Origin: Eledone cirrhosa
Lineage: Eukaryota
Length of the DNA: 64,000 bases
Assembly (NCBI GenBank): GCA_964016885.1
Contig: OZ024741.1
Location: 115,196,001 to 115,260,000, forward strand
Reading direction: 5' to 3'
The notes beneath the pieces are model-generated. The model was not told the origin of the DNA. It did no database searches and worked only from the letters and a program-made list of their open reading frames with translations. Position 1 is the stretch's first letter. Every line of letters begins with the position of its first letter. Below, piece after piece: positions 50,991 through 64,000 of the stretch. The position numbers and the translations under genes were made by a program.

Positions 50991-53900
50991 GCTGTTTTCC
51001 TTTCCCTTAGATTACACCAGTGTCAGGGAGAAAGAAGACCGTCATACATCAGCAACAGCTGGTCTGCCACAACACACCTTATTGATGTTGGTGCCTTGGC
51101 GTGGAACTTTCCATGTAGGACTACAAGGCCAATCAACCTCATGAGGTTTAACCTCATGAGGTTTAACCTCATGGCCCTCTTATTAGGTATAATTATTCAA
51201 TTGTTGCATATTTTTATGGGCGTTTATATGGAATGTACTACTTGAATAAAAGCGTATACGAACCCATATAGAATATTCATAGAAAGACTATATATAAGTT
51301 GTGATCATATCTTAGTGCCGGTTAAGAACCGGCTTATACATCTACACCGACACTGAGGTAGCTCTGATATGATTACATAATTAAATACTTACAGCGAGAC
51401 CATACGTGTATTTATTATATATAAACATATTGCCTATAGGTTCATATATGCCTCATTGTGAATCAAATCGTATCAGTGTTGTTGCTTATAACTTGACTGC
51501 TACTTTATTTTATCAACCACAAAAATGATTCAATACATAAATTGACTCTCGTATGTGTATGTGTATGTATATGTATGTGTATGTATGTGTTTGCGTATAC
51601 GCCCGAGTGTGTGTGGATTTGATCTGTGAAGTTTTCTTGAGATTGGATCGTCATTGAAAAACAATGTAATATGTTAAAAGACAACAAATAATATCCATGA
51701 AATAGAATAAGATGTTGATGAGTGGTAAATAGTAGTGAATACTAAAATGTTGGATAGTGAGCTTTCGAAGAGGAGAAATGATGAAGAAAAGTTACCTTTC
51801 CTTTTTCCTCTACCTCACTACCACTGATCCTCCATATATACTGCAATTTATGGAAATGAACTCGGTATTATGGTGAATAATTTCTAAAATCATCAAATAA
51901 AGTATTAGCTTTCACTAATTTATAGAGTTATGGAGGCAAATGTTTGTTTCCTTGTGATGTAGATATGAATTTAAGAAGACCACTCTCAATAGCTTCTGTA
52001 TCATATCATGCAAATAAGCACCGCATTTCATTGAAACAATTATTTATTTAATAAGATAAACGTGTTCTACCTAATAGATATCTAGAAATATTCAACCATT
52101 CCATACATAATGGCCACCTTTCTATTTTTGATACTATGAACATCAGATAAATACATTGCATTATCATAATTTGATATGATAAGGAAATTATAAGGAATAA
52201 TTTGATAGTTCAAGGAAATTATGTTATCTAGTGAACGTTGACAAAATCAACTTATGATACATTGGTTGTGTTCCACGGAGGGGCTTGTATTAAGTTATAG
52301 ATAATTCTCCTGCCTAAATGGTAGGTTTATATTGAAATAGATAATGTTACTGTTAGATCTAGCATATTTAATGTAGACTTGTGTCAAATGGTCTATAAAC
52401 CAAACTATTTCTTCGGGCCAAATAGTCAGTAGCATATTAAACTGTTAATATTTGATTATCTAATTATATCTTATTCGGCGCTATTTTTGACATAATTTAG
52501 TTGATCTAATTTACAATACTTATGTGAGTCTGTCACTATAAAATAAACTATTATTGCCATCCAACTATATCAAACCATCGCTACTAAAAGCAAGATATCT
52601 AGTCTTTACAGACATCCAAGTTCGCTTATTTATCATTAACCACTAAAAAATATGGGTGTTGAAGGGGGGGGGGTGCTTACCGAAGGTATAGGGCTCAATC
52701 ACGTCACTGGACGCCTCGCCAGAAAGAGGGAGCCGAGTGAAGTCACATAAGTGGAAGGAGGAGCGGTGTGAGCCTCTTTCCCTTCTTTCTTGTTAATCGG
52801 ACGTGTCTGTGGTTTGAGCTTGAGTATATGTCCTAGGTTTTCTGGCCAGGGATTAGGGTGGTAGAGCTCTCGTGGATACATGTCATCTGGACGAGATCAA
52901 CGAGATAGGTGAAGTTACGCTTTTCCATTACAAAAACAAAAAAATGGCGACTTCAAAGTAGTAATTTGATATGTTAAAAATAGCTGACAAATTTCACTCA
53001 AACGGAAACTTAGCATCTGAAAAAATATGGTATGATCACAATGGAATGACCTTAATCACATGTTGGTTCAATTAGTGCTAAGCTGAATTAAATAACAACA
53101 ATCACCGTCACCATCATATTTTATTTAAAACTACCGATATAAATATTTTAAGAGGAGTGGCGCTATACAAATTCCAGATCTATGAACACATAACGTGGCT
53201 TCATAAGTTTCCGTAACGAAAACAATACTATCAAAATAAATACATTCTCTGCTACAGAGTAAACTATTGACCTCAACGATAAAAGGTGAAATATACTTTT
53301 TTTTAAAGCTTGGCTGCCTTTTTATTAATCCTGTAAATGTGCAACCACCAAGTTGGGTGTTCTGAGAAGATATCAACTGCTACGTTTTTCCTCTTTAAAG
53401 TTTAAATCATGTTAAGAAGTAAAAACAAAACAAAAAAAAAGTAAAACAAAAAAAAAAGAAAAAAAAAGAAAAAAAAGAAAAAAAAGAAAAAAAAAGAAAA
53501 AAGCAAACAAACCAAAAGACAAAGGAACCACATAATTAACTAGCAACACAATTATTTCTTCTCGTCTACACCATGTTTATGTTCCTCATTAAAGACAGCA
53601 ATTAAGAAATGAATAAAATATGATGTACGGGTTACACAAACTAATTTTTCTAATGTTATATATAACATGAAACTAAGCTACGTTTTCATAATTTGCTAGC
53701 CTCCACAGGATAGCGTCGGGACGAAATATATACAGCTATATCTAAAGCAGTAATAATTCCCAAGTTGTACTTTTTGGCAAGAGGCTTGATTTGAGACTGT
53801 GTTGAAACTGAAGAAATGTTTCTTTAACCCCTTAAAAACATACATGAAACGTTTACATTCACTTTTGTTTCTTCCTTAGGGGCGAGGGAAATCAAAATGT

Positions 53901-54087
53901 TAGTCGTACTTTAATAACCTGGTCACTGACACAATTTCAATACATCTGCCAAAAAATCTATTACTGTTGAGTTTTTTTAAATTATAAACCACGGGGAGTA
54001 CATAATGTTTTTCTGTTGTCTCTTTTTCTCTTTTTTCTTTTTTTTCTGTTTCTTAACTCCTTCATCCTGTACTTATGTATGTCAGTT

Positions 54088-54139
<52 letters not shown>

Positions 54140-54179
54140 GTTTATCCCGGGTTCAATCGGGGGTAACACAAAGCAGAGT

Positions 54180-54312
54180 ATAAATATTTAATGTAGAAAG
54201 GCTTCTACAGGAATAGAACTGTTTCATTCCGGAGAAATCTTCAGGAAGCCCTGGTGATTTCTCCGGAATGAAACAGTTCTAGTCCTGTAGAAACCTGTTT
54301 ACGTTAAATATA
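54180..54312. ncRNA. Head-to-head inverted pair of hammerheads
   Basis: Minus 54202-54248: CTTC-CTGAAGA-..GAA-ACAG..CTGT-A-GAAG. Plus 54251-54293: CTGGTGA variant. Confidence 0.75.
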
Positions 54313-54689
54313 TATATAACTGACATATATATATATTTATACATTTGTGAAGACCGACGAAGGTCTATTCCATACATTTTTCTTCGTATGTGTTCTAGAG
54401 TGTAGGCTTTGTTTTATTTTGTTATTTACTTTGTTTCACGGCTTACATTAACAATAATTGTTTTAACAACTCTTTCGTGTTTTGTGTTTTGTAGTATATA
54501 TTTTGTTGACTTTACAAACGTATTTTGTTTTGTAAGTTGGCTTTTTTGATTTGGTCCAGAATTGGGATTTGATCTCGGTTATATCTTTTTAAAATATATT
54601 CTCGTAGTTTTAATGTTTGCAGTAGAGGGGAGTTGATAAACTATGCCTATAAAATGTGTTTGATTTTGGCCCATGGCTAACAAATTTCG

Positions 54690-54890
54690 ATGTGTGTTTG
54701 GGGGTGGGAATCAAAGTCGATTAAATCGACTCCTGTGCATTACTGGTGGATTATTTTGTTGATCCCGTATGGATGAAAGCCAAAGCTAACCCCGGCGGAA
54801 TTTGAACTCAGAATGTAAAGGGGTATAACACTATGTTATGAAGCATGTCGTCCGACGGTCTATCGATACTGCCAATTTACCACCTTAAAA
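54690..54890 (-). mobile_element. tRNA-derived SINE (further fragments at 55150-55280 minus and 55535-55633 plus)
   Basis: Reverse complement of the SINE head and body (GAATTTGAACTCAG, GGATGAAAG). Confidence 0.8.
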
Positions 54891-55759
54891 TAGCTCGATA
54901 ATAAGAAAGTTGGTTACATTACTAAAACCATTTAAATGCTGATTGTTTTCAAAATGATTTTAAAATCATTGGCAGTGTCTTCCATTGGATTTGGTTGGCA
55001 TAGTCCCGTAACTCCTGAGAGAATCGTAGGGGCGCCGTATTGACATACAGCATTTCTCGGGCATATTTTAAGCCTGGCGGAGCCCATCCCTCTTCAGGTC
55101 TGAGTACAGCAAATTTCTTCCAGTGAAAGAAACATGATAAAGAGATATAAATATTTATCGACCTCGAAAGGATGACAAGCAAAGTTGACCTAGGCAGGAT
55201 TTGAACTCAGAGAGCAGAGAGCCGGAACGAATATCATAAAACATTCTATCTGACGTTCTAGTGACTCTGCAATTCGTCGACATTGGCTATGCTGTAACGA
55301 AAATGTTAAATACACATTCCCCCACTCCCTCGTAACTTTGTTGATTAAGCGAAAAATAAATTATGGCTATAAAATGGAGTTGTCTCATTGCCATATCAAA
55401 TTATGGTTACAAAATCTATTGGGGAAAAAAGTCGCATAAAATATTTAGGCGAAATATTCTAAATTTTAATGAAGAAATAAGAAAGACGTAATGAGAGAAT
55501 CTTTTGCCGTGAAATATTAGAAACATATATTATTAAGGTTAACTTTGCCTTTCATCCTTACGGGGTCGATAAAATAAAGTACTAGTAATGTACTGGATAA
55601 TTGCTGGCCTTGTGCCAAAAGTAGAAACAATTATTAGGATATACTAGAAGAAACTCCCTTCGGGTGATTTTCTGCTAGCATATGTAGTGTGCATATTGGT
55701 ATTACACGCAAATATATATGTATATAGATATGATATGTAAATTGAAAAGTAAATTGACA

Positions 55760-56420
55760 ATATATTCTTCTTCGCCCACTTATTTCTGAAAGGGTCGTGG
55801 AGGCAGAGTCCCCCTCAAAAACTCCTTCCAGCGAGTCTGTCAAAAGCAAACATCTCTAATTGATCCAACTGGATCCCAAAGTGTGACCAGCCAAGTTCAT
55901 GGATGTAATACAACTATCTTGCTCGAGGTCTCCGGTCGGTTGGTTTTGCCTATAAAATCTTTTCAGCGATTCTTTCCTGAGAACCACATGCCCATAGTAT
56001 CGGAGCTGCGATCTCTCAATCTGGAGACGTAGCGGCTCTACCTGGAGTGACTCTCTGCTCTCCGAGCTATGCATTTCATCGACTAAAGTTACTCTGAAGA
56101 CCCTTCAGAGGAACCCCATTACGGACGCTTGTATTTACAATCGTATTGTTTCGGTCATTACCCAAGATTCATGACCCTAGTTAAGTGTTCGCAGGAATAC
56201 TAAGAAGACAGTCAGCTTGACTTTTAAGCCTACATTCTTCTGATTACTGAATGCTGAAGCTAGCGTATTACTACATCAGCTTTTGCAATTCTTGCACTTA
56301 ATTCAGCCTTCTGCATTCCATCAGCCGTGAATACGGCCCCGAGATACTTGAACTTCTCTACCTGCTTCAGTGGAACTCCATTCACATGTATATAATTTGA
56401 GCGATTTCTGTCCAACCGTC
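55760..56420 (-). pseudogene. RTE-clade LINE 3' fragment
   Basis: LKQVEKFKYLG..ELSARIAKA and LQVEPLRLQIERSQLRYYGHV. Confidence 0.8.
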
Positions 56421-56823
56421 CGTCACCCAATGTGTGTGTTTGGGTGTCTGTGTGAATGTATGTGTGTGCAAAAGGAAGGAAGGGGATACGCACACATATG
56501 GCTCTAACTTAAAAACGGTGACACACACACACATATATATATGACGTCACACGTCTCTAATTTAAGAATGCCGACAAACTCACGCATGCGAACATACACG
56601 CGCTGTCTTATTATCACTTAAGAGTTTTGGCCCGAGCAAACATCCCCTCAATTTTGAAACCGTCTGGGTTGTCCAGAATTGATGGCCAAAGACCAATGTT
56701 TCCAGGTCAAAAGGTAGGTGCTTTGTGTGCTGGCTTGCCTAAAACATGATTAGACAAGTTTCCCAGTGATACTCGCGATATTGTTATCTTTTGCTCTGGT
56801 AACTGCTCGTTTGTCCATCACTT

Positions 56824-57665
56824 TTACCTGCCCTTTGTTGTGTGTGGTCTAGATGTGTATATTACATGCTTAACTAGTTCGCTAATCCGGTCTCTGTAGG
56901 CCTTGCGCGCTGGTAAGGACGCCTTTAGCTTCCAGTAGCCGGGTCCTCGTCTATGAAGCCTATCTAAGTCAAGCACACAGATCACGAATTTGTGGTCCGT
57001 GTAGCTGACTATCTTGAATTGTGGACAGCCTATGCTAGACCTATCTATTTCCCTACAAAATACTCTATCTAGATATGATCTGAATGACCCTATGCGGTTT
57101 GTCCAAGTCCACATTGGCACATTCGGGAAATCCAATCGGTACCTGTCAGACAGTTCAAAACGCCTGCCAAGGTTGGTGAGGCTCTTGCACCCTCCTCCCC
57201 TATCCACTAATCCCACACAGTCCCAGCGTGCATCTAAGACCCCGTTCCAGTCTCCCACTAGAACTAAAGAGCAAGACGTTCCAAGAAAGGTCTCCAGACG
57301 CCGGAAGAAATCAGGCCGCCCTGCTCCTGTCGGGGCATAGACGGCCACTAGCCTGAAAGCTTGCCCGTCTCCACTGGTCACGTCCAGCACCACCAACTTA
57401 CCTTCTGGGTCCAGGAAGATGGCCTGTATGGCGAGATCCAAACCTCTCCGAAAAAGCACAGCAACTCCTTCCCCCTCTCCAGGACGGCTGGGAGATGCGT
57501 ACACATCGTAGCCGCCGAAGATCGGTGCGCAGCCCCGTGCGTCGGAGATTCTGGTCTCGCTGATGGCCACTACATCTATGTTTAGTGACCTGAGATCGTT
57601 GAGCAGGTAGCCCTGCTTCCATGACGACCCCAAGCCACGCGCGTTTATGCTGCCTATTCTGGAGT
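56824..57665 (-). pseudogene. APE-type endonuclease domain of ORF2 (truncated before RT)
   Basis: IGSINARGL, AISET, GVAVLF, VYAP, VGDWN, YLDR, TDHK, GYWKL. Confidence 0.9.
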
Positions 57666-59869
57666 GGAAAAGATGGGAAAGACAACTTACCTTACTTCTC
57701 GTAGAGGAAGGATGGTTTCCCTATCCTTCTCACTGTTTGTGGCCTCCTACGGAAGGATGTCCTTATAAATCTTCCTGGAGAGTGTTTGTCGGAAGTCTCC
57801 GATGTCTTTGGGGAATATTTGTTTTAGTGTCGTGTACGTTTTCTGTGTGATGCGAGTGATTTGTATGTGTGGAGGTGGTGTGAACTTTTGGGGTGTTGTG
57901 TAGTCTTTTTCTGTGATGCTGGTGTTGTGTTGGATGTAGTGTAATAATTGCTTGTTGTTCAAATTTAATGCTGTCTAGTGTGTATCGTTTTGGTTGTTTT
58001 GTTTTGTTTGCGTTTGTTGTGGGTTTGTTTCTGTTTCGCATTTTGGTGACTTTTGTGGTGTAGGTGATTGTGGTGTTGGAGTTAATGATGGTGATGGTGT
58101 TGGTGTTTGGGTTGATGGGGTTGGTGATGCTGGTGTGGATGGTGGCATATCTGTCCTAACTTTTTTGTTTCCCTCTGTATTTTGTTTTTGGAGGGGGAAG
58201 GAAGAGAATTTTTTCTTTTTTGGTTTCTTTTTTTTTCCGGATATCGTTTCCCACTCCTCGTCGTCACAATCTGTCTCCAGTTGTGATAGGCCGGGGAGTG
58301 GAAAATCCTCCACAGGCGTTAATTTTGGTTGTGGCATGGTGGATGGTGTAGGCGCTGGTGCTAGTTCTGAAGCGTTGGGTGGTGGCGGTGTTGGTTTTGC
58401 TGGTGGTGGTGGTGGTGTTGGTTTTGCTACTGTTGCTGCAGTTGTTGCTGTTATAGTTGCTTCTGTTGTTGCTGCTACAGTTGTTGCTGCCATCTCTGCT
58501 ACTGGTGGTGTTGATGGTTGTGTCACTGGTGTGCGTAGGAGAGGTGGCCTCAACCTTTTAGCCTGAGGGCAGAAAGCCCTTAGGTGGGTTCCTTCACCAC
58601 AAACGACACACCTAGGTCTTCTGCCCTCGACAATTACCGTGAGGTGGCTGCCGTCAGTGAGGTCTATTACCTCTGGGATCTCCTCAATGCTTTTTTGGTC
58701 CGCTTGGATCAGGAGCTCCATCCCAGATCCGGACCAGTTCTCCTGCTTTTCTTTTGCTATTGCTATTAGTTTTGTGTTGGCTTCGATGCCGGCGAGGACG
58801 GCCGCTATTAGCCAGGGAATTTCGATGGCCGGTGGAACGTGGGTCACCCTGATCTTTACGAGTCTCTGGCCACAATAGCTTGGGACGAGTGTGAAGTCGT
58901 CACTTCTTAATGGGGCCATGGAGTGTTCTCTAGCCTCCTCTGGTGTTTCAAAGAACACATCCACGGTTCCATACTTTTGCCCACGTCTGATGTGGGTTTT
59001 TCTTGCCCACACATGTCCCAAAGCTTTTTGGATTTGGGACTCGGATGCCCGTTCCACTCGGCGCGATTTTACATTTATTGTTCTATACGACACGGTGCAT
59101 AGGCGCCGATGCTCCATTTTATTAGGTGGGGGGTGAGGCTGACCCTGTACCCATCTTTCTTTACCATTTGTTTGACATTTTCTAAATCCTCCTGAGTTAC
59201 CGTAAATGCTTCGAACTGTTTTGCTACTATTGCAAAACTGAGCGTCGTTTTTATAATGTCATTGTTGTTGTTGTTGCTATCGTTATTTGTGTTAATATAA
59301 TTTTAGTTTCAGTTGTGGTGGTGGTGACGTCAGTCGTCTTTGGTGGGGAAGAGTCCATTTTGCTTGATTTCATTTCGACATCACGAGTTAATTTATTTTT
59401 TTCTTCTTTTGTTTCTGTTGTCGCGGTGGTGGTGGGGGTGGTGGTTGTTGCGGTGGTGGTGGTGGTGGAGGCTTTAACACCTGCAGTCATTGGTAATGGC
59501 GGGAAATGAATGTCTGCCTGAGACAAATTTAAAATATTGCTACTGCTTATATTTTTTTTTGTGTTGGCAAACGTAGTAACATTTACAATGGTGGTGTCGG
59601 TGTGAGGTGTTCATTTGTGAGGAAGGCTTTCAGCTGCTTGGTGCAGAGGTGAATTAGCCATTTTTTTTCAAAGAAATTTTTTGATAATAATAAAAGTTTA
59701 AATTTTGGGCACAAGGCCCCAATCTTTTTGGGGGTCCTTTTCGGAAAACAATGTATGTGCGCTTATAAACAGTTAACAATAAAATTTTCCATAAATGACA
59801 ATTTTTAACAAACGGAAATAACAAACCTTTGCGGAGCTCACGATGATACGATTTACTACGTAGGTCGCC
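56860..59869 (-). mobile_element. Tx1/L1-clade non-LTR retrotransposon, 5' half only
   Basis: GC-rich 5' end GGCGACC..GAGCTCC next to (TAA)n; ORF1 followed by an APE endonuclease; RT absent. Confidence 0.82.
57975..59117 (-). CDS. ORF1 nucleic-acid-binding protein with CCHC knuckle and Pro/Thr-rich tail
   Basis: CVVCGEGTHLRAFC after VIVEGRRP; lies upstream of the APE domain. The original start was probably further upstream (ATG near 59661, now disrupted). Confidence 0.8.
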   Translation of the reverse strand: MEHRRLCTVSYRTINVKSRRVERASESQIQKALGHVWARKTHIRRGQKYGTVDVFFETPEEAREHSMAPLRSDDFTLVPSYCGQRLVKIRVTHVPPAIEIPWLIAAVLAGIEANTKLIAIAKEKQENWSGSGMELLIQADQKSIEEIPEVIDLTDGSHLTVIVEGRRPRCVVCGEGTHLRAFCPQAKRLRPPLLRTPVTQPSTPPVAEMAATTVAATTEATITATTAATVAKPTPPPPPAKPTPPPPNASELAPAPTPSTMPQPKLTPVEDFPLPGLSQLETDCDDEEWETISGKKKKPKKKKFSSFPLQKQNTEGNKKVRTDMPPSTPASPTPSTQTPTPSPSLTPTPQSPTPQKSPKCETETNPQQTQTKQNNQNDTH

Positions 59870-59955
<86 letters not shown>

Positions 59956-60240
59956 GGTCTAATGATTACTTATCGCAAATCCCAGGAAACCCGCGTATAG
60001 GAGAAATACAAAAGATAGTACTAATGTGAACTGCCCATATACTAAGGAAGATTCTGTCAATATAAGTACATCACAAGTCTAAACACTAAAGATGCATGTG
60101 TGAATATGTATGTTCTTTCTTGAACATGGCGGACCTTGTTGTCTCTTGAGGTCACTGGTTGTGACTTGGTGATAACTCGTATGAACATAAAGCAAGATAA
60201 ATGCAACTGTATTAATAATAATAATAATAATAATAATAAG
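59870..60240 (+). mobile_element. (TAA)n tract containing a 5'-truncated R4/Dong-like 3' end
   Basis: 59957-60063 reads YLSQIPGNPRIGEIQKIVLM*TAHILRKILSI*, then a UTR and (TAA)n. Confidence 0.75.
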
Positions 60241-61239
60241 ATAAGGGAAGAAGACGCACGTGGTGGTAGAAGGTCATGAAATCGCTCCCGTAAGTTTTTG
60301 ATTTTTAACATAATTAAATCAATTGTGAAATAACAATTCTTAGTACAAATGATGCATAAAGCACCGAATCAAGTCTCATAAAAATTCGGATCATAATATA
60401 TTGTTATATCGCTCAAATATTCAATTTTGTATTATACATTTTATATTCAAAAAAGAAAATGGTTATAAATTGAAGAAAACCCCCTATACAGAACAGCCAA
60501 ATAACAGCAATTTCACCAACACCAGAAACTAGATACACCACCTACTCCATCACGCCGCTGTGTACACTAAATACAATAGCCAGATAACGGCAATTTCACC
60601 ACCACCACCACCAATCCCAGCATCATAATAATAATTACTATTATTATTGTCTCAAGTTTTAACAAAATGTTTAATTCCAATATTAAGGTAATATGTCAAC
60701 ACATATATTAAACATACGCGACACAAACGCATAGATACTACAGATCAAACAAAACTACAGTCTATTCAAGAAAACTCAGTAACGACAACCACCGCCGCCA
60801 CCACTCCATCCATCATTGCTACCACTATCCCATCACCGCCGCCACCACTCCTTCATTGCTACCACCACTATTCCCCATTATCTTCTTTTAACTTAAGAAA
60901 GGGGAAGGTGGCGGTATCACTAGACAAGGGAGAAGCTAGCAAAATATATAAATATATTGACTTAGTGACCCGGCCACCGGCCAAACCTCAACAACTATGG
61001 CACTGCTGGCTCCCCCTTCCCCACTAACAATATAAAAAGCCCAAGCACCACCACCGACATAGCAAGCAATAACAATAACAAGCAACTTCAGCAAAAAGTA
61101 TATTATATTATTGTAATGCACTGGGTAATTGCTGGCCTTGTGCCTGGAGTGGAGACAATTATTAATAATTTCATTCTTAAGCCACGCAATGCTCACATTA
61201 AGGAACCACTCATGATAATAACAATTTTAAAAAACAACA

Positions 61240-64000
61240 AAAAAGAAAACCTCGTGACCAAGAAATACCGGGATGGCGGCCGGCGGGGAATAGCCGTGTC
61301 TCCAGGGGAGAACGACCCCTCTAGACTTGGTTGACACTCGTTCTAGAAGTGGTAACACGAAATGATTACCCCTTGGCGGATAAGGATAAAACGCGACAAA
61401 ATAAAGTAAATGTCTAATGATAAAATCTCATAGCGGATCGGCCGTCACCCTGGTAAAAAAGGGCCGCGTCCCTCAGAGAGGAACCAGACTGGGGTCTAAA
61501 AATCAGCTAATGGTTCAAACCGTCCCATCACTTCGGTGCTGGAGACCTCCCATAACCGGATTACTCCTACTGTTGGCCCTCCATGCTCACCACTAAGAAA
61601 TCCAAAGAAAAAGAGAGAAAAATGGTCAAGGGAAAATAATAAAGGAGTCCTTGAGGCTTTCTACACTGCCATGTACTACCCATCAAATACATCGAATACA
61701 GAACAGACATATATCAACTGGAAAAAGAAACATCCCGAAAACGGAGGCTATATTGACAGTAACAAACTAGCCAATATACGAAGAAATATTGTAAAAAAAG
61801 TTACTAACTGATATAGAAATTGATCAGATCAAGCTATTAGCACAAAGTCAGCGAAGGGAAAATGAAACATGTGTCAGTGAAAACGAGGTAAATTGTAACA
61901 CTTCGAATCTCAGGGTTGGGGCGGAATCACTGACAACAGAACAAATTAAAGAAAGGATCGAAAAAGTGGAGGGAGTGCATGCTCAAGATGAAACTCCAAA
62001 TGAAAACAATGAGATCGTAAATGATAAAGAAATGAATGAGAATGAACTTGCCAACTTGAAGGATGAAATTATCATCGAATGGATGAAAATGAAAGAATCT
62101 GACATGGGGGAACGAGACACCCTCCCTAAGATCCAGAACTCCAAACAGAACCAAAAGATAATACACAAGACTAACATAATTATCAAAAACATTATCATCA
62201 CAAACAAACTAAACGTTACTGATTTAAATCATCTCTATTATGCATCGGCTTAAGTCACCACACACTTATGTGGAGTGAAGATGAAAAAACAAAGAAATTC
62301 CCACAAGAAATCTACTTGGCAAGAGAACATCAATCGTCAAATAAACCTTCTCCGATCTGACATAGAACATTTAAAAAACTATAAAGTAGGTGAACATGTT
62401 AAACAAAGTAAACTTAGAAAATTGAAAAAAAAGTACAGTATAAAACCAACAAGTGACATAGACATGCTGATAGAAACAATCAAGCAAAAAGTGTCGGGCA
62501 AAGCTGCTCGTATAAAGCACTTGGAAAAACGATCTAGATTCTATAAGGACAATAATATGTTCAAAACCAACCAAAGAAACTTCTACAGAAAAATTGGTAA
62601 GTCAACAATAACTGCTAAATCAATACCACCCAAGGAGGAAGTGCAAGAATTCTGGGAAAAGATCTGGGCCGAAGAAAAAGTTCATAATATACATGCACCA
62701 TGGATAGACAGACAAATGAAAGATACAGCTCCCCTTGAGGAACAAATACGGGAAAATATAACAGTTGAACAGTTGCGTTTGGCTCTAAGAAAAACCAGCA
62801 AATGGAAATCCCCAGGAAAAGACAAAATACAAAATCTTTGGATAAATGCCTTCACAGAGTCTCATGAGCTGTTAGCCCAACTTTACAATGAAATAGTTAA
62901 GGAGCCAGAAAAGATACCATCATGGCTAGTTAACGGCATTACATTCCTGCTTCCGAAGAATGATGAGACAAACAATCCCAAAAGTTACAGACCGATAACT
63001 TGCTTGATCACAATGTATAACATTTTAACATTACTCCTAACTGAATATACATATGACCACCTGATAATAAATGACCTATTTCCCATTGAGCAGAAAGGGT
63101 GTAAACGAGGCTCATATGGCTGTAAGGATCAGCTTTTGGCTAACAAATTGATACTGGAAGAGTGTCATAATAGGCACAAAAATCTATCGATTGCTTGGAT
63201 AGATTATAAAAAAGCATTCGATAGTTTGCCACACAGTTGGATTGTAAAATGTTTAGAGATTTTCATAATATCCCCCGTTGTCGGGAGGTTTTTGTCATTC
63301 AGTATGAAGACATGGAAAACGACACTCCTTTTGAATAGTGAAACAAAATCACTGGAAGCTGGAGAAGTTAATATTAATTGTGGAATTTTTCAGGGTGACT
63401 CTTTATCACCGCTTTTATTCTGCATCGCACTTATACCATTAAGTAAAATGCTCAATGAAACAAAACATGGATATAAAGTCTATGACAAAACCATTAATCA
63501 CTTGGTCTACATGGATGACCTGAAACTATTTGCAAAAAATGATGAACAATTGCAAGGGCTATTATCCACTGTGGAGCAGTTCAGTGATGACATTAAAATG
63601 GAGTTTGGACTAGATAAATGCGCCAAAGCAACGTCCACCAGAGGAAAACTGCTGAAAAGTTCAGACATTCAGGGAATGTGATAAGAGAACTTGATCAAGA
63701 GGAAACTTACAAATATCTAGGTGTTTGTGAAGGAGACGGAATCAAGCACGCGACAATGAGGGAAAGGATAATGAAGGAATGTTACCGCAGAGTAAGAGCA
63801 ATCTTAAGAACGGAATTGAATGCAAGGAATAGGATCGATGCCATAAACACGCTTGCCATACCAGTAGTAACCTACAGTTACAATGTCATCAACTGGTCAA
63901 GCCACAGATATCCGTAGGCTCGATACAAAAATTCAAAAATTCTTAACCATGCACAGAATGCATCACCCTAAGGCAGATACAGATAGAATATATCTCCCTA
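61240..64000 (+). mobile_element. R4/Dong-clade non-LTR retrotransposon, 5' part, running off the window
   Basis: GC-rich leader, N-terminal KWSRE..LANIRR region, then RT. Confidence 0.85.
62275..63917 (+). pseudogene. R4/Dong-type reverse transcriptase (frameshifted near 63680)
   Basis: KWKSPGKD, YRPITCL, EQKG, WIDYKKAFDS, GIFQGDSLSPLLF, YMDDLK, FGLDKCA, YKYLG. Confidence 0.9.

Noticed and set aside
57994-59136. Plus-strand ORFs of 190, 79 and 81 aa
   Set aside because: They are antisense shadows of Tx1 ORF1.

Overview
This is AT-rich eukaryotic DNA with no recognisable host protein-coding gene. The SINE and microsatellite make-up looks like an octopod cephalopod (inference). Most short ORFs in the track are translated (TA)n/(CA)n/(GA)n microsatellites. 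The window is a nest of mobile elements: one Naiad-type Penelope-like element (PLE) with an intact 709-aa RT + GIY-YIG ORF, several decayed PLEs, Helitron pieces, R4/Dong, Tx1/L1, RTE and CR1-group LINE fragments, and tRNA-derived SINEs. Reading by eye gives about 30 type-I hammerhead ribozyme (HHR) motifs in about 16 sequence families. They lie in PLE terminal repeats and in non-coding 0.45-0.75 kb tandem or fold-back units embedded in (TA)n, which resemble retrozymes. The main finding is in two diverged non-coding tandem families (11.5-13.1 kb and 30.5-31.8 kb, six copies). They carry all hammerhead catalytic nucleotides, but the three core strands occur in reverse order (UH strand, GAAA strand, CUGAUGA strand). 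This order fits none of types I/II/III. It implies a pseudoknotted hammerhead with a bridging strand and a kink-turn, and compensatory changes between the families support the pairings. All RNA structures were paired by hand, and activity is untested.
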